NCBI RefSeq assembly: GCF_004010195.1 | Contig: NC_057711.1 | Span: 72,392,312-72,440,855, forward strand | From: Chiloscyllium plagiosum | Lineage: Eukaryota | DNA length: 48,544 bases | Direction: 5' to 3' | Part shown: in pieces, positions 34,738-47,275 of the stretch | Layout: each line of letters begins with the position of its first letter | How positions within the stretch are numbered: the stretch's first letter is position 1 | Position numbers and translations under genes: made by a program | Notes under the pieces: model-generated | The model's database searches: none | Told to the model about the DNA's origin: nothing | Seen by the model: the letters and a program-made list of their open reading frames with translations, nothing else

Positions 34738-36862
34738 ATGTTTGGCAGCAGTTGAGATGTGTACTTTCAATTTTGTAAGTTACATTATACCAAGGGATGA
34801 GTGGGGTGCTTACTCCTCTTTTCTTTAAAAAAATGTTCTTTATTCGCATTGCTAATCCATGATGAAATTTCTTTATTTTCTGCTTGCGTTTGCAGTGTGG
34901 CTGTAGCTAGGGTGAGGGAAAATGGTTGGGATGGTGAGATGCCTACTTATGGGCAGTTTATACCCAGTTCAGGTTTTTATATGCCTGGGCTGCAGTCTTG
35001 GCAGCGGAATGGGAAATTGGGTTTTAGGATGGGCAAGGGTTGAGTTCCCCTATTCAACGCTGTTGGCACTTTATATGTTGGTTTGTTTTTTTGGTTTTTG
35101 TTATATATAATCTTTGATAGCTTTGTAGGTTTGTTAAATGTAGCGATTTTAGTTTATGTAGTTTTTATGTTCAATGGATCTTATGACATTAAGGCTCAAT
35201 GATTTGTGGTTCGCGTTCCACATCTCTGGAAGTTAAATGTTACTGCAGAAGATTAATGTTAAATGTTACTCCACACACAAATCCACTAATTGTTTAGTTA
35301 GTACAGAGGGTATCGAGGGGCCTTTGGGCAACTGTCTACTGTGGGACCATGAAACAATTAAAATCTCTCCCTATAATAATATGCCGGGACTCAAGACTGA
35401 TCAGTTTAGAGACAGAAATTTGAGGGGATGGGCTAGAGGGCAATAAACATTTAAAACCATATTCTTCCCCGTTTATTAGGGCTTTGATAATTACAAACCT
35501 CCCATGTGTGTCTTTAATACACTCGAGTAACTTAAATAGGAGGTTCCTCCTAACCAATATAGCTACTCCCCTACTTCTAGTATTACAAGATGAAAAGTAA
35601 ACCCAATCAAAACCATTCTGTTGTAGTTTCAATGTTCCCTATCATCCAAGTGTGTCTCCTGTAACAAAGTATTAGCCACCTTCTCCTTTCTAAGACTCAA
35701 AAGTACCTTCTTCCACTTAATTGGTGAGTGACTCCCCTTGATATTCCAGGTACATCATTTAATCAAGTCAGTAGTTAGGGCTGGTGGACGTCTGGAGGTG
35801 TATCCACCCTACAGGCAGGGATTTTATGTTTTTTTCCAATCCGCACAGATGTCACACCAGGACTGATTTTTTTTCTGACTCTTGTGGCAACCCTGGACTT
35901 GGTGGCATCTTGTACAATTGGTAACATTACCATCTCCGATCATTCTCCAGTGTACCTGTTGCTTAAAATTAAGGACTTTGCAGTAGGTTCAAGGCACCGG
36001 CAAATGGATCCCTTTATCCTTAAGGATAACAAATTTGTGGAGTATTTCTCTACGGAATTATGGGTGATCCTCGACATTAATGCAGGCTTGGTTAGTAGCC
36101 CATCCGTCCTTTGGGAAACCACCAAAGCCTATGCCAGGGGTTTAGTTATTTCCTACTCTGCCAGTAGGAAGCGGCAGAAGGGTTAGCAGCAACATCTCCT
36201 TGAAGTCCGGTTGAAGGCAACCGAGGAGGCCTACTTTCACAGACCCTCGTTTGTGAAGCTATGACGCAGTGGCCTGCATTGAATTCTGTGCTCATGCAAA
36301 CAGCAAAGAAGGAGCTTACTTTTGCAAAGCAAAGTTTATATGAGCATGATGACAGACCAGGCAAATACTTTGCACATCTCACCAGGAAAAGGAGCCCCTC
36401 AAGCCAATATGGCATTTAGGGAAGGGTCTGGGAACTTAACATGTGACTCCAAAAAGATTAATGTGGCATTCCAGAGATTTTATTCTAGGTTATACCAGTC
36501 TGAGGATTGTGAGGAGGGGCGGATCAAAATTGAGTCCTTTTTTAAGGATCTGGATTTCCCGGGCATGATCTTTGAACAAGAGTCTTTTCTCAATGTCCCC
36601 TTATCAGAGTAAGAGATGCACGAGGCTGTGAAGCAGCTTCAGATGTGAAAGGCGCCCGGTCCTGATCGACATCCCAGTGAATTCTATAATGAATTTATAA
36701 ACTTATTGTTAGACCCGATGATCAACATGTTTAATGACTCATACAGCCGTGATTGTCTCCTGCCATTTCTGAGAGAGGTCAATATTTCACTTATTCTTAA
36801 AGGGAAGATCCCAGAGGACTGTGCTTCATACAGGCCCATTTCACCCTTAAATATGGACTTTA

Positions 36863-37011
36863 GTTTGTAGAGTAGATTAGTAGTTTATTTTCTTAATTTT
36901 ATATTTGTGCTGTTATTATATTGTAAAGTGGATACACTATTTTGTATTAATTTTGTAATTTTGTAAAAGAAATCTCAAAAATCTTTTTCTTCAATAAAAA
37001 TATTTATTAAA
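36863..37011 (+). mobile_element. 5'-truncated L1 3' UTR/poly(A) inserted into L1 ORF2
   Basis: 14-bp TSD AAATRTGGACTTTA (36849-36862, 37012-37025) at a TT/AAA site; ends TTCAATAAAAATAT..A-run like 40387-40413. Confidence 0.9.
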
Positions 37012-37189
37012 AAATGTGGACTTTAAAATCCCCTCTAAGACTCTTGCATTAAGGCTGGAGACTGTGTTACCTTCTATTGTTAAAGAAGACCAGACTGGCT
37101 TCATAAAGGGCCACAGATCCTCCAATAATGTTAGGAGGCTGCTGAATGTATTCAAGCGTGTCAACAGCAGTCAATATAGGGTTGGTGAT

Positions 37190-37851
37190 TTAGAGTCATA
37201 AGTCATAGAGATGTGCAGCACGGAAACAGACCCTTCGGTCCATGCCGACCAGATATGCCAACCTAATCTAGTCCCATTTGCCAGCACTTGGCCCATATTC
37301 CTCTAAACTCTTCCTATTTATATACCCATCCAGATGCCTTTTAAATGTTGCAATTGTACCAGCCTCCACCACTTCCTCTGGCAGCTCATTCCATACAAGC
37401 ACCACCCTCTGTGTGAAAACGTTGCCCCTTAGGTCTCTTTTATATCTTTCCCTTCTCACCCTAAACCTATGCCCTCTAGTTCTGAACTCCCTCCCCCGAG
37501 GGAAAATACTTTGTCTATCCATGCTCCTCATGATTTTATAACCCTCTAAATGTCACCCCTCAGACACTCCAGGGAAAACAGCTCTAGCCTATTCAGCCTC
37601 TCCTTTTAGGTCAAATCCTCCAACCCTGGCAACATCCTTCTAAATCTTTTCTGAACCCTTTCAGGTTTCACAACATCCTTCAGTTAGGAAGATGACCAGA
37701 ATTGCAAGCAATATTCCAAAGTGGCCTAACCAATGCCCTGTACAGCCTCAACATTCCTGTACACAATACTCTGACCAATAAAGGAAAGCATACCATACAC
37801 CTTCTTCACTATCCTATATACCTGCGACTCTACTTTCAGGAAGCTATGAAC
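37190..37851 (-). mobile_element. CR1 3' fragment inside L1 RT
   Basis: RTRGHRFRVR...FTQRVVLVWNELPEEVVEAG; separates GLVI from LDAEKAFD of the L1. Confidence 0.94.
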
Positions 37852-38685
37852 CTAGATGCAGAGAAGGCATTTGACTGAGTTGAGTGGCCATACCTTTTCT
37901 TTTCACTGGAGCGGTTTGACTTGGGCGAAGTTTTTATAAGGTGGGTAAAAGTTCTCTACAGTGACCCTCTCACTGCGGTCATCACCAATGGCATGCGATC
38001 AAGCAAATTTAGCATTTTTAGGGGCAGCTGGCAGGGCAGTCCCCCCTTGACACTGCTTTTTAAAATGGTGATTGAACCATTGGTGGAGGCCATTTGTAGG
38101 GATCCTAACATATCAGCTCCAGAAGTGGGGTCAAAGTTACATAAGATTTCGCTGTACATGGACGATGTCCTAATTTTTTTGTCAAATCCAGCAGTTTTGG
38201 TGCCTTGCACTTAGCACCTTTTCGGGGTACAAGACTAATTTTGCAAAAATCAGAGGCTATGCCTATGGGCGGTCTTATGAAGGTGCTAGGTCTTGAGGGT
38301 GAATATCAATTCCCAGGGGTGGGGTTTGTGAATTTGGGCACACTCATTACTCCAGTTCTGGATTGGCTATTCAAATCCAATTTTGTTCAATTATTTGACA
38401 AAATCAAAAAAAGTCTTCAAACATGGGAGGCACTTCTGATCTCATGGTTGGATCAGATAGGGTTTATTAAGATGAATATTCTCCCCGTTTATGATATCCT
38501 ATATGGATGCTCCCCCTGATTTTCAATAAGCAAACATTCAGGAGGCTGAACAGCTGGTTCAGCTCCTTTATTTGGCATTGTAAGCAGCCCCTCAATAAAT
38601 TAGCTGAACTGCAATTGCCTCACAGATTGGTGGGAGTGGATCTCCTGGACATTAAAAGCTACCAACTAAGCTAAGCCAACTAAGT

Positions 38686-38962
38686 GGGCGGCACAGTGGC
38701 TCAGTGGTTAGCACTGCTGCCTCACAGCATCAGGGTCCCAGGTTCTATTCTGGCCTTGGGCGACTGTCTGTGTGGAGTTTGTATGTTCTCCCTGTGTCTG
38801 TGTGGGTTTCCTCTGGGTGCTCCGGTTTCCTCCCACAGTTACAAAGATGTGCATGTCAAGTGAATTGGCCATGCTAAATTGCCAATAGTGATAGGTGCAT
38901 TAGTCAGAGGGAAATGGGTCTGGGTAGGTTAAAGGGCCTGTTTCCACATTGTAGGGAATCTA
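38686..38962 (+). mobile_element. HE1-type SINE inside L1 ORF2
   Basis: GGGCGGCACAGTGGCTCAGTGGTTAGC head; AATCTA end; small internal deletion. Confidence 0.95.
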
Positions 38963-41900
38963 TTTCATCCTACGTGAGTGCTTGAGTCTGTGGGGACCCT
39001 CTTTCAATATGGTTAGATATTGAAACCTCCCAAGTAAGGTGCCTCCTTACTAGCTTGCTGGTTTTGGGCAAAATAAGGACAATTAGGGAATATTGCCATA
39101 ATCCAATAGTTATCAATACTGCTAAAGCATAGATGGCAATTTGGCAGAGGGAAGGCAATATTGACAAAACATCTTCTCTTATACCTATAGTGGGTATGCT
39201 GGGGTTTCAACTGGGGATGATAGATTCAGGATTCAAACATTTGGCAGCTAGGGGTGTGACTTGTATGGGCGATTTATTTGAGGGAGACCCAATGATATCC
39301 TTTGATCAGTTAGCACGGAAATACGAGCTATCTAACAGGGACATTGTTTGTTTTTTTTCAAGTTAGGGATTTTATTCAAATTTTTGACTGATCCCTATAA
39401 ATCTGACATAGCTCTCTGAGGGTGCTCAGTGCTAAGAATACACTTTCTGAAAGCACTTCATAGCATCAATTGAGGGTCAGCCCCTCAGATGAGTTTGATC
39501 GACTCTGCAGGTTGTGGGAGAGAGAGCTAGGTGTTGAGGTCTCCTCAGAAGCATGGGAAGATATTTGGGAAAAAGCAAGAAAGATATCAATTTGCAATAG
39601 CACCCATGCTTTACAGTTGAAGATTCTCCATAGGATCCACTTGGCTCTGGATTGTTTGTGAAAACTTAAACCAGGGGTATCTTCACTATATCCCAAGTGT
39701 AAAGTTTGTACAGGCACTCTTACCCATTGTCTCTGGTCCTGTGGTAGGCTTCAAACATACTGGAGTGCTGTGGCGGGTGCACTGGAGAGGATTTTGGGTG
39801 TAAGGGTGGAGAAGAAGCTGATCTCTCTTCTTCTTGGCCTGCCCAGAGTGTTCATAAGAAAAAACTTTTCAACTTCCTCAATTTCTACGCAAGAAAGAAT
39901 ATCTTGCAAGGTTGGGTATCCGAAACCCCTCCGGGCCTGTAGGGTTGGCAGAAGATTGTTATGGAGGATGTCCCCTTGGGCTTTCTCACAGGTATGGTAC
40001 ACAACAAGACTGAGAATGTTTATAAGACATGGAAGCCCTCGTCGGAATACCTGGACACAGATTTATCTGCCACACTAACAAGGGTTTTTATATAACCGTA
40101 TCGATTGTGTTTACGAGTCCAATATCCAGGGAGGAGGAACTGCAAACGTATGAATATCTTGTTTGGTTGAGTTGAGTTATTACTATTTATTAATTTGTTG
40201 TTGGTTATTATTTATTTAGTTAAATAGTTAGTTTAAGTTTTTTTAATTATATATTCTTCTATATATATTTATACGTTTATACAAGGGGGAGGGTTGGGTT
40301 TTTTAAAACTTTTTTTGTGTTCTTTCTTTGTATTGTTTTGAATTGTATTATTTTGTATTTGTTGTAATATTAAAAAAGTCTATTTTTTCAATAAAAATAT
40401 ATTTTTTAAAAAATGAGGTAACAAGAGTCCAGAGACAGTATATTCCTGTTCGAATGAAGAGCAAGGCTGGAAGGTATGGGAATGCTGAATGACTTGAGAA
40501 ATTGAGGTTTTGGTCAAGAATAAGAATCGAGTATATGTCAGGTATAGACAGGAGGGATCGATTGATTCCTGAGAAGTGTATAAAGGCAGTAGGAGTATAC
40601 TTAAGAGGGAAATCAGGAGGGCAAAAAGGGGACATGAGATAGCTTTGGCAAATAGGGTTAATGAGAATCTAAAGGGATTCTACAAATACATTGAAGATAA
40701 AAGAATAACTAGGGGGTGAATAGAGCCCCTCAAAGATCAACAAGGAAGTCTATGTGTGGAGCCACAGGAGATGGAGGAGATACTAAATTAGTATTTTGCA
40801 TCAGAGTTTACAATGGAGAAGAATATGGAAGATAGAGAACTTGGAGAAAAATGCAGCAACATCTTGAAAAATATTCATGTTACAAAAGAGGAAGTTCTGG
40901 AAGTCTTAAAACATACAAAGGTGGATAAACCCCCGGTCCTGATCAGGTGTACCTTGGAAGTCTGTGGGAAACTAAGGAAATGATTGCTGGGCCCCTTGCT
41001 GAGATACTTGGACCATTGATAGCCACAGGCAAGGTGCCGGAAGACTGGAAGTGGGTTAAAGTGGTGCCACTTTTAAAAAAAAGGGGGTGGTAAGGAAATG
41101 CGAGGGAACTATAGACAGGTGAGCCTGTCATCATGATTGTTGGAGGGAATTCTGAGGGCTAGGATTTATACGTATGTGGAAAGGCAAAGATTGATTAAGG
41201 ATAGCCAACATGGCTTTGCGTGTCTCACAAACTTGATTGGGTTTTTTGAAGAAGTAACAAAGAGGATTGATGAGGGCAGAGCAATGAATGTGATTTATGT
41301 GAGCTTCAGTAAGGCGTTTGACAAGGTTCTCATGATAGACTCATGAGCAAGGTTAGAGCACACGGAATAGGGGGAGAACTAGCCATTTGGATACAAAACT
41401 GGCTTGAAGGTAGAAGACAGAGGGTGGTGGTGGAGGGTTGCTTTTCAGACTGGAGGCCTGTGACTAGTGGTGTACGTAAACTTCAGTGCCGTGTCCACTG
41501 CTTTTCGTCATTTATATAAATGATTTGGATGTGAACATAGGAGCTATGGTTAGTAGGGTTCAGATGACATCAAAATTGGAAGTGTAGTGAATAGCGAAGA
41601 AGGTTACCTTAGAGTACAAAGGGATCTTGATCAAATGGGCCAATGGGCTGAGGAGTGGCAGTTGGAGTTTGATTTAGATAAGTGTGAGGTGCTACATTTT
41701 GGAAAGGCAAATCTGGGCAGAACTTACACAGTTAATGATGAGGTCCTAGGGAGTGTTGCTAAACAAAGAGATCTTGGAGCGCAGATTCATAGTTCCTCGA
41801 AAGTGAGGTCACAGGCAGATAAAATAGTGAAGAAGGCATTTTCTTGCTTTTATTGGTCAGAGTATTGAGCATAGAAAGACATTGGTTCAGGGCCAGTTGC

Positions 41901-43204
41901 AATACTGTGTGCAGTTCTGGTCTACCTGCTTTCAAAAGGATGATGTGAAACTTGAAATGGTTCAGAAAAGATCTTCAGGGATGCTGATAAGGTTAGAAGG
42001 TTTGAGCTATAGGGAGAGGCTGACTAAGCTATGCTTATTTTCTCTGGAGTATCAGAGACTGAGGGGGTGACCTTATAGAGGTTTATAAAATCATGAGGGG
42101 TATGGATAGGATAAATAGATGGTGGAGTCCAAAACTGAAGGAAATTGGTTTAGGGGGAGAAGGGAAAGACTTAAAAGGAATTTAAGGGGATCACAGGATG
42201 GTGCGTGTATGAAATGAGCTGCCAGAGAAAGTGGTGGAGGCTGGTGCAATTACAACATTTACAAGGCATCTGGATGGGTATATGAATAGGAAGGGTTTGA
42301 AGGGATATGGGCCAGGTGCTGGCAAATGATTAATTTAGGATATCTGGTCGGCATAGTTGAGTGAACCGAAAGGCTTGTTTCTGTGCTTTATCTCTATGAG
42401 TCTATGACTCTATCTGCCACATGCTGTAAAACTTACATAGATAAATTATAATGGGAGCCTGTGGCACTGTGTTCCCCAGCTTCCTGCTTTAACATATTTC
42501 AAGATTTCATTTTAAAATTGGCCAAGGGTTAAAACACATGGCTGAGCCAGGACAAAATAAGAAGTTTCTTAAGCTCAGGAGCAGAGAGAGTCTCTGCACG
42601 AATGGGCAGAAAAAAATGTCACACTTGGGAGCTGGCTGGAAGGCAGTGGCACCGTTGAACCAGGTGGGTAGGAGGAAGTGGAATGCACTGCTGCTCTTCA
42701 GATGAGCAAGGGCAAGGGCAGATCTTCAGAAGAAACAGTAAAGTTCAGGGAAACAGGAGGAGGGGATACCTGAGCTCCAGAACATCGTAGACAGTGAAGA
42801 GGCTAACCCACCCTAAGTCAAATTGATATGGTCAACGAACCCCTGCTCAAGAAAGCCAAGAACCTCAATATCCTCAAAGGGGAACTCATTGGAAAGATTT
42901 CTCCACAAGGAAGAGTCCAAACCCCAATGCTTTCATCAATTCACTGATGCTTACAAGTGAGAAGATTTATATGGGCTTGTGGTAGTAGAACCAAAAATTG
43001 GAATTCAAAAAGGCAATTGCAAAGTAACAAAACTTTTTACAATGGAAATTAAAATCACTTCCATTTATGTATGTGGTGTTAACTCAACAAACTGATGTGT
43101 TTTAACCTTACCAAGACCAAGGTTAAAGCTGACCTGCTGTCTCTGCAGGGGTACGTGCTACTTCACCTCAGCTCATATTGACAACGATTACAAATGTTGT
43201 CCTG

Positions 43205-43705
43205 TTTGCTTCTTTCAATTTGGTATGAAGGAAAAGACTCACCTTATCCCTTGCCCCATGGCTTTTCCTGTGGTCAGCAAGCTCACATTCAGCCTCCATG
43301 TCTCCTTTCAACCATTTTTATCTTCCTGAGATGACAGTCAGTCAGTGACAGCAGGAGGAAGTGTTTCGAGAAGAGCACTGGGTGAACACCAATGGATCTC
43401 ACCTTGATCATATAGGACACAAATAGGATGTCAATCCTGGGATGGATAGACCTGTCTTGCCTGATCAGGTGTACCCAGACGGTGCTCCATTTGCAGCATT
43501 GTTGAAGAAGTTGCACAACTTGGAATCTTCTTGTGTTCCCGTTAGGATTCCGGATGTGACACCTAATTTACTGATGGTCCTACCAAAGTTATCCAGCCGA
43601 ATCGATGATGCAGTTAAAGTCACGATGCCAAACGATGAATTTGAACATAGTCTGAAAGACAGCCAGCCATTCAACGTGCTGAATTGACGCATCCATGTTC
43701 GTTAG
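43205..43705 (-). mobile_element. Antisense Tx1-like endonuclease segment
   Basis: Minus: DFNCIID, SKLGVTSGIL, PRIDILFVS, VLFSKHFLL..DCHL, TWRLNVSLLT. Confidence 0.75.
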
Positions 43706-44579
43706 TTAGAGAGAGCATTTTTGTGCATTACATCTGCTACAAGGAAGAAACTGGTCACTATCTCCTAAATAATGGAGATGGTGAAATTGTCTCTTGCAAC
43801 AGAATAATGTTCTTCTCTGACACCTGCCCCTTGCCTGTCGAATGTCACCTTCACGAAGACCAGGGATGCTGCAGGAGGCTGTGGAAGCATAAGATGAGTT
43901 TGCTGACCTCAAGAAACTTTGAGACACTTATACAGGATGACAAACATTGGAGTAATCTTTCGGTCTCTGATGCTTCGTGGGAACCAATCAAAGGAAACAT
44001 CAATAGGTTCTTCATCCTCAAAGGTGTTCAAAGGCAAGAGAAAGGCCAACAGAAATGTCCTGACTCAGGAAACTCCTGCAGAATATAATCCTACTGTACT
44101 TAATGAGGGTCAATCTAAACAAGATGAGGCGCTAGCAAGATCCTAGATGATAGTCTGCAGGAAATTCTGGATGAACTGCTAATTCTGGATGAGCTGATTA
44201 AAGCCCTGTGTCCTTTGAGAAGAGTAAAATTCCCAAAGGCCCCAGCTTACTAGCCAAGTTGTATTTGAATCAGCCCAGAGCTGCTGGAGTTGGGCAAGAT
44301 CTGCAACTGGCTGGGATCATTTCAATATCCACGAGGGATGTCTTTATCAGCTTCATCAGTACCTGGCAGGAAGGCAGAAAGAATTTGGAGAGCCTCATTC
44401 TACTCAGGATTAGGGTCAATTCTGTATAAGATAGGGGTTGTGTTGGGGGAGGAAGACTCATGCCTCATTAGCCTTTGACTGAATATTGCACACCATAGGA
44501 TGGATGTACTCTACAAAGTGGGGTCAGGGGAGGGAATCTGTAACAGGATCTGCACAAATACCAATAGCACCATTTCAAT

Positions 44580-45455
44580 AGAGCATATGAACTTGGAGCA
44601 GGAAGAGGCAATTCAGCCCCTCAAGTCTGCTCCTCCAATCATGGCTGATCTCACCTCAGCCTCAACTCCCCTTTCCTCACCACTCTCCAAGACCCTTCAA
44701 CTCATTACTAATTAAAGGTCTGCCTATCTCTGCCTTAAAAATATACCATGACCCAGCATCTGTCATAGTTGGGTATAGCGAATGCTATGGATTTATGACT
44801 TTTTGAGAAATGTTTTAAATCTGTTAGCCCTTATCCTAAAATGATGGCCTCTCACTCTAACTTGGCCCACATGAGGAAACATCCTCTCTACATCTACATT
44901 GTCAATTCCTTTTAATATCTGATATACCTCAATTAAACCTCCTCTTATTCTTCTAAACTCCAGAGTATAGGTATAAACTGCTCAATCTCTCTTTGTGAGG
45001 CAAGCCCCCCTTTCTCTGGAACCAATCTTGTGAGCCTCCTCTGAACTGCTTCCAATACAAATGCATCTCTTCTCAGGTAAAGGGATCGAAATTATGGACA
45101 ATACTTCAGGTGTGGTCTCACTCATGCTTTATAAGTTGCAGCAATACACCCCCTACTTATACAGTAAATGCCAAAATTCTATTTGCCATCTTTGTCACCA
45201 GCTGTAGCTGCATAGTAGTTTTCTGCAGTTCAAGCACGGGGTCACCCAAATTCCTCTGCAGTGAAGCACTGTGAAGTTTCTCTCCATTGAGATAATAAGT
45301 CACATTTGTCTTGCTCCAATCAAAATAGCTATCCTCACACTTATCCACATTAAACTTCATCTGCAAAATTTTGGTCCATTCACCAAACCTATCCATATTT
45401 ATTTGTAAATGTCTTATTTCTTCATTGCAACATACTCATTTTAGTGTCACCTGCA
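44580..45455 (-). mobile_element. Older CR1 subfamily 3' fragment
   Basis: EWTKILQMKFNVDKCE...KMANRILAF; tail GGGGCTGAATTGCCTCTTCCTGCTCC on minus. Confidence 0.85.
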
Positions 45456-45737
45456 ATTAAATGGATGGGGAATAGGAACATTTCTGATTCAATCTGGAGT
45501 GGGCTCTCCTCTCTGGGCATAAGAGTGGTGACTATCCCATGTAGAGGGTATTTGTTTGGTCACAACCGCCCTTTACATCACCATTTTTGGTCAGATTCAC
45601 TGTCTGTGTGCAGATTGGCTCCAGAGAAATGGGGCTTGTCTTATGAAGAGAGCTTGAGCAGTCCATTTTAGAAGAATGAGAGTTTCTACAACCAGTTAGA
45701 ATGGTCCTCAAGAACCAAGTAAATCATGGCAAGAGAA

Positions 45738-46810
45738 AGGCTCAAAGGTAGAAGACAGAGGGTGGTGGTGGAGGGTTGTCTTTCAGATCAGTGGCCTGTG
45801 ACCACCACAAGGATCAGTGCTGAATCCACTACTTTTCATCATTTATAGACATGATTTGGATGTGAGCTTAAGAGGTATAGTTAGTAAGTTTGCAGATGAC
45901 ACCAAAATTGGAGGTGTAGTGAATAGCGAAGAAGGTTATCTCAGATTACAACGGGATCTTAATCAAATGGGCCAATGGACTGAGGAGTGGCTGTTGGAAT
46001 TTAATTCAGATCAATGCAAGATGCTGCATTTTGGGAAAGCAAATCTTAGCAGGACTTATACACTTAATTGTAAGGTCCTCGGGAGTGTTGCTGAACAAAG
46101 AGACCTTGGAGTGCAGGTTCATAGCTCCTTGAAAATGGAGTCACAGGTAGATAGGATAGTGAAGGAGGCATTTGTATGCTTTCCTTTATTGGTCAGAATA
46201 TTGAGTACAGGAGTTGGGAGGTCATGTTGTGGCTATACAGGACAATGGTTAGGCCACTTCTGGAATATCGCATGCAATTCTGGTCTCCTTCCTATCGGAA
46301 GGATATTGTGAAACTTGATAAGGTTCAGAAAAGACTTACAAGGATGTTGCTAGGGTTGGAGGATTTGAGCTATAAGGAGAGGTTGAATCAGCTGAGGCTG
46401 TTTTTCCTGGAGTGTCAAAGGCTGAGGGGTGGCCTTATAGAGGTTTAGAAAATTATGAGGATGGACAGGATAAATAGACAAAGTCTTTTCCCTGGGGTCT
46501 GGGAATCCAGAACTAGAGGGCGTAGGTTTAGGGTGAGGGGGGAAAGACATAAAAAAGACCTAAGGGGCAACTTTTTCACACAGAGGGTGGTACGTGTATG
46601 GAATGAGCTGTTAGAGGAAGTGGTGGAGGCTGGTACAATTGCAACATTTAAAAGGCATCTGGATGGGTATACGAACAGGAAGGGTTTTGAGGGATATGGG
46701 CCGAGTGCTGGCAGGTGGGACTAGATTGGGTTGGGATATCTGGTCAGCATGGACGGGTTGGACTGAAGGGTTTGTTTCTGTGCTGTACATCTCTATGACT
46801 CCATAACTCT
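45738..46810 (+). mobile_element. CR1 LINE 3' fragment
   Basis: KFADDTKIGG, VRPLLEY..QFWSP, FFTQRVVRVWNEL; CTCTATGACTCCATAACTCT tail. Confidence 0.96.
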
Positions 46811-46824
46811 AAATCCACATTCTT

Positions 46825-47275
46825 GAGAAGATTTGTGGCTCAGGTTGATGATAAGGATCTAAGTTAGCTTGCTGAACTAGAAGATTTGTTTTCAGACATT
46901 TTGTCACCACGACTAGGTAACATCATCAGTGAGTGTCTCCAGTGAAGTGCTGGTGGCATGTCCTGCCTCTCTATTTATAGGTCTTGGTTTCTTGAGGTGG
47001 GTGATGTCCTTTCTGGTTCTTTTTTTCAAGGGAAGTTAGATGGGATCTAAATCGATGTGTTTATTGATGGAGTTCTGGTTAGAATGCCATCCCTCTAAGA
47101 ATTCTCATGCGTGTCTTTGTTTGACCTGTCCTAGGAGGTGTGTGTTGTCCCAGTCAAAGTGGTGTCCTTCTTTGTCTGTATATGTGGAAATTAGTGATAG
47201 TGGGTCATGGGTCATGTCTTTTGGCGGTACATGTTGTTCGTGCATCCTGGTGACAAGTTTCCTCTTGTTTGTCTG
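46825..47275 (-). mobile_element. Penelope-like (Poseidon-type) 3' end with GIY-YIG remnant and decayed hammerhead
   Basis: 8-bp TSD ACATTCTT; QTNKRKLVTRMHEQ...GHHFDWDNT...EFLEGWHS; minus CA-CTGATGA-TGTTACC...GGTGAC-AAAATGTC-TG at about 46893-46932. Confidence 0.9.

Larger units (their letters stand above)
35237..40100 (+). pseudogene. L1 ORF2 (APE endonuclease plus RT), with 35268-35775 inverted
   Basis: Minus: TWNIKG, LLQETHL, RGVAILV, GRDFN; plus: LVDVWR, ISDHSPV, YRPISPLN, DQTGFIKG, LDAEKAFD, SLYMDDV, terminal CKVC...HCLWSC. Confidence 0.93.
33456..40408 (+). mobile_element. Full-length decayed L1-clade LINE
   Basis: TSD AAAAATGAGRT (33445-33455, 40409-40419); ORF1, inter-ORF spacer, ORF2 EN/RT/C-terminal Cys-His region; T-rich 3' UTR, AATAAA and A-tail. 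Confidence 0.95.
30230..42412 (+). mobile_element. Near-full-length CR1 LINE (host of the nest); own segments about 30230-30608, 32498-33455, 40409-42412
   Basis: ORF1 SGNH-esterase-like AVIVHSGSKDIG...VVISGSLLVPR; ORF2 endonuclease CIYINARGL, GDFNF, LDLLL, SDHNSI; RT FSKAFD; CTCTATGACTCTA tail; segments are collinear once the inserts are removed. Confidence 0.88.

Noticed and set aside
7975..38962. tRNA genes at the A/B-box heads (about 8250, 26120, 28255, 38686)
   Set aside because: They continue into SINE bodies with CR1-like tails and do not form full cloverleafs. The tail shared between HE1 SINEs and CR1 LINEs is established, not novel.
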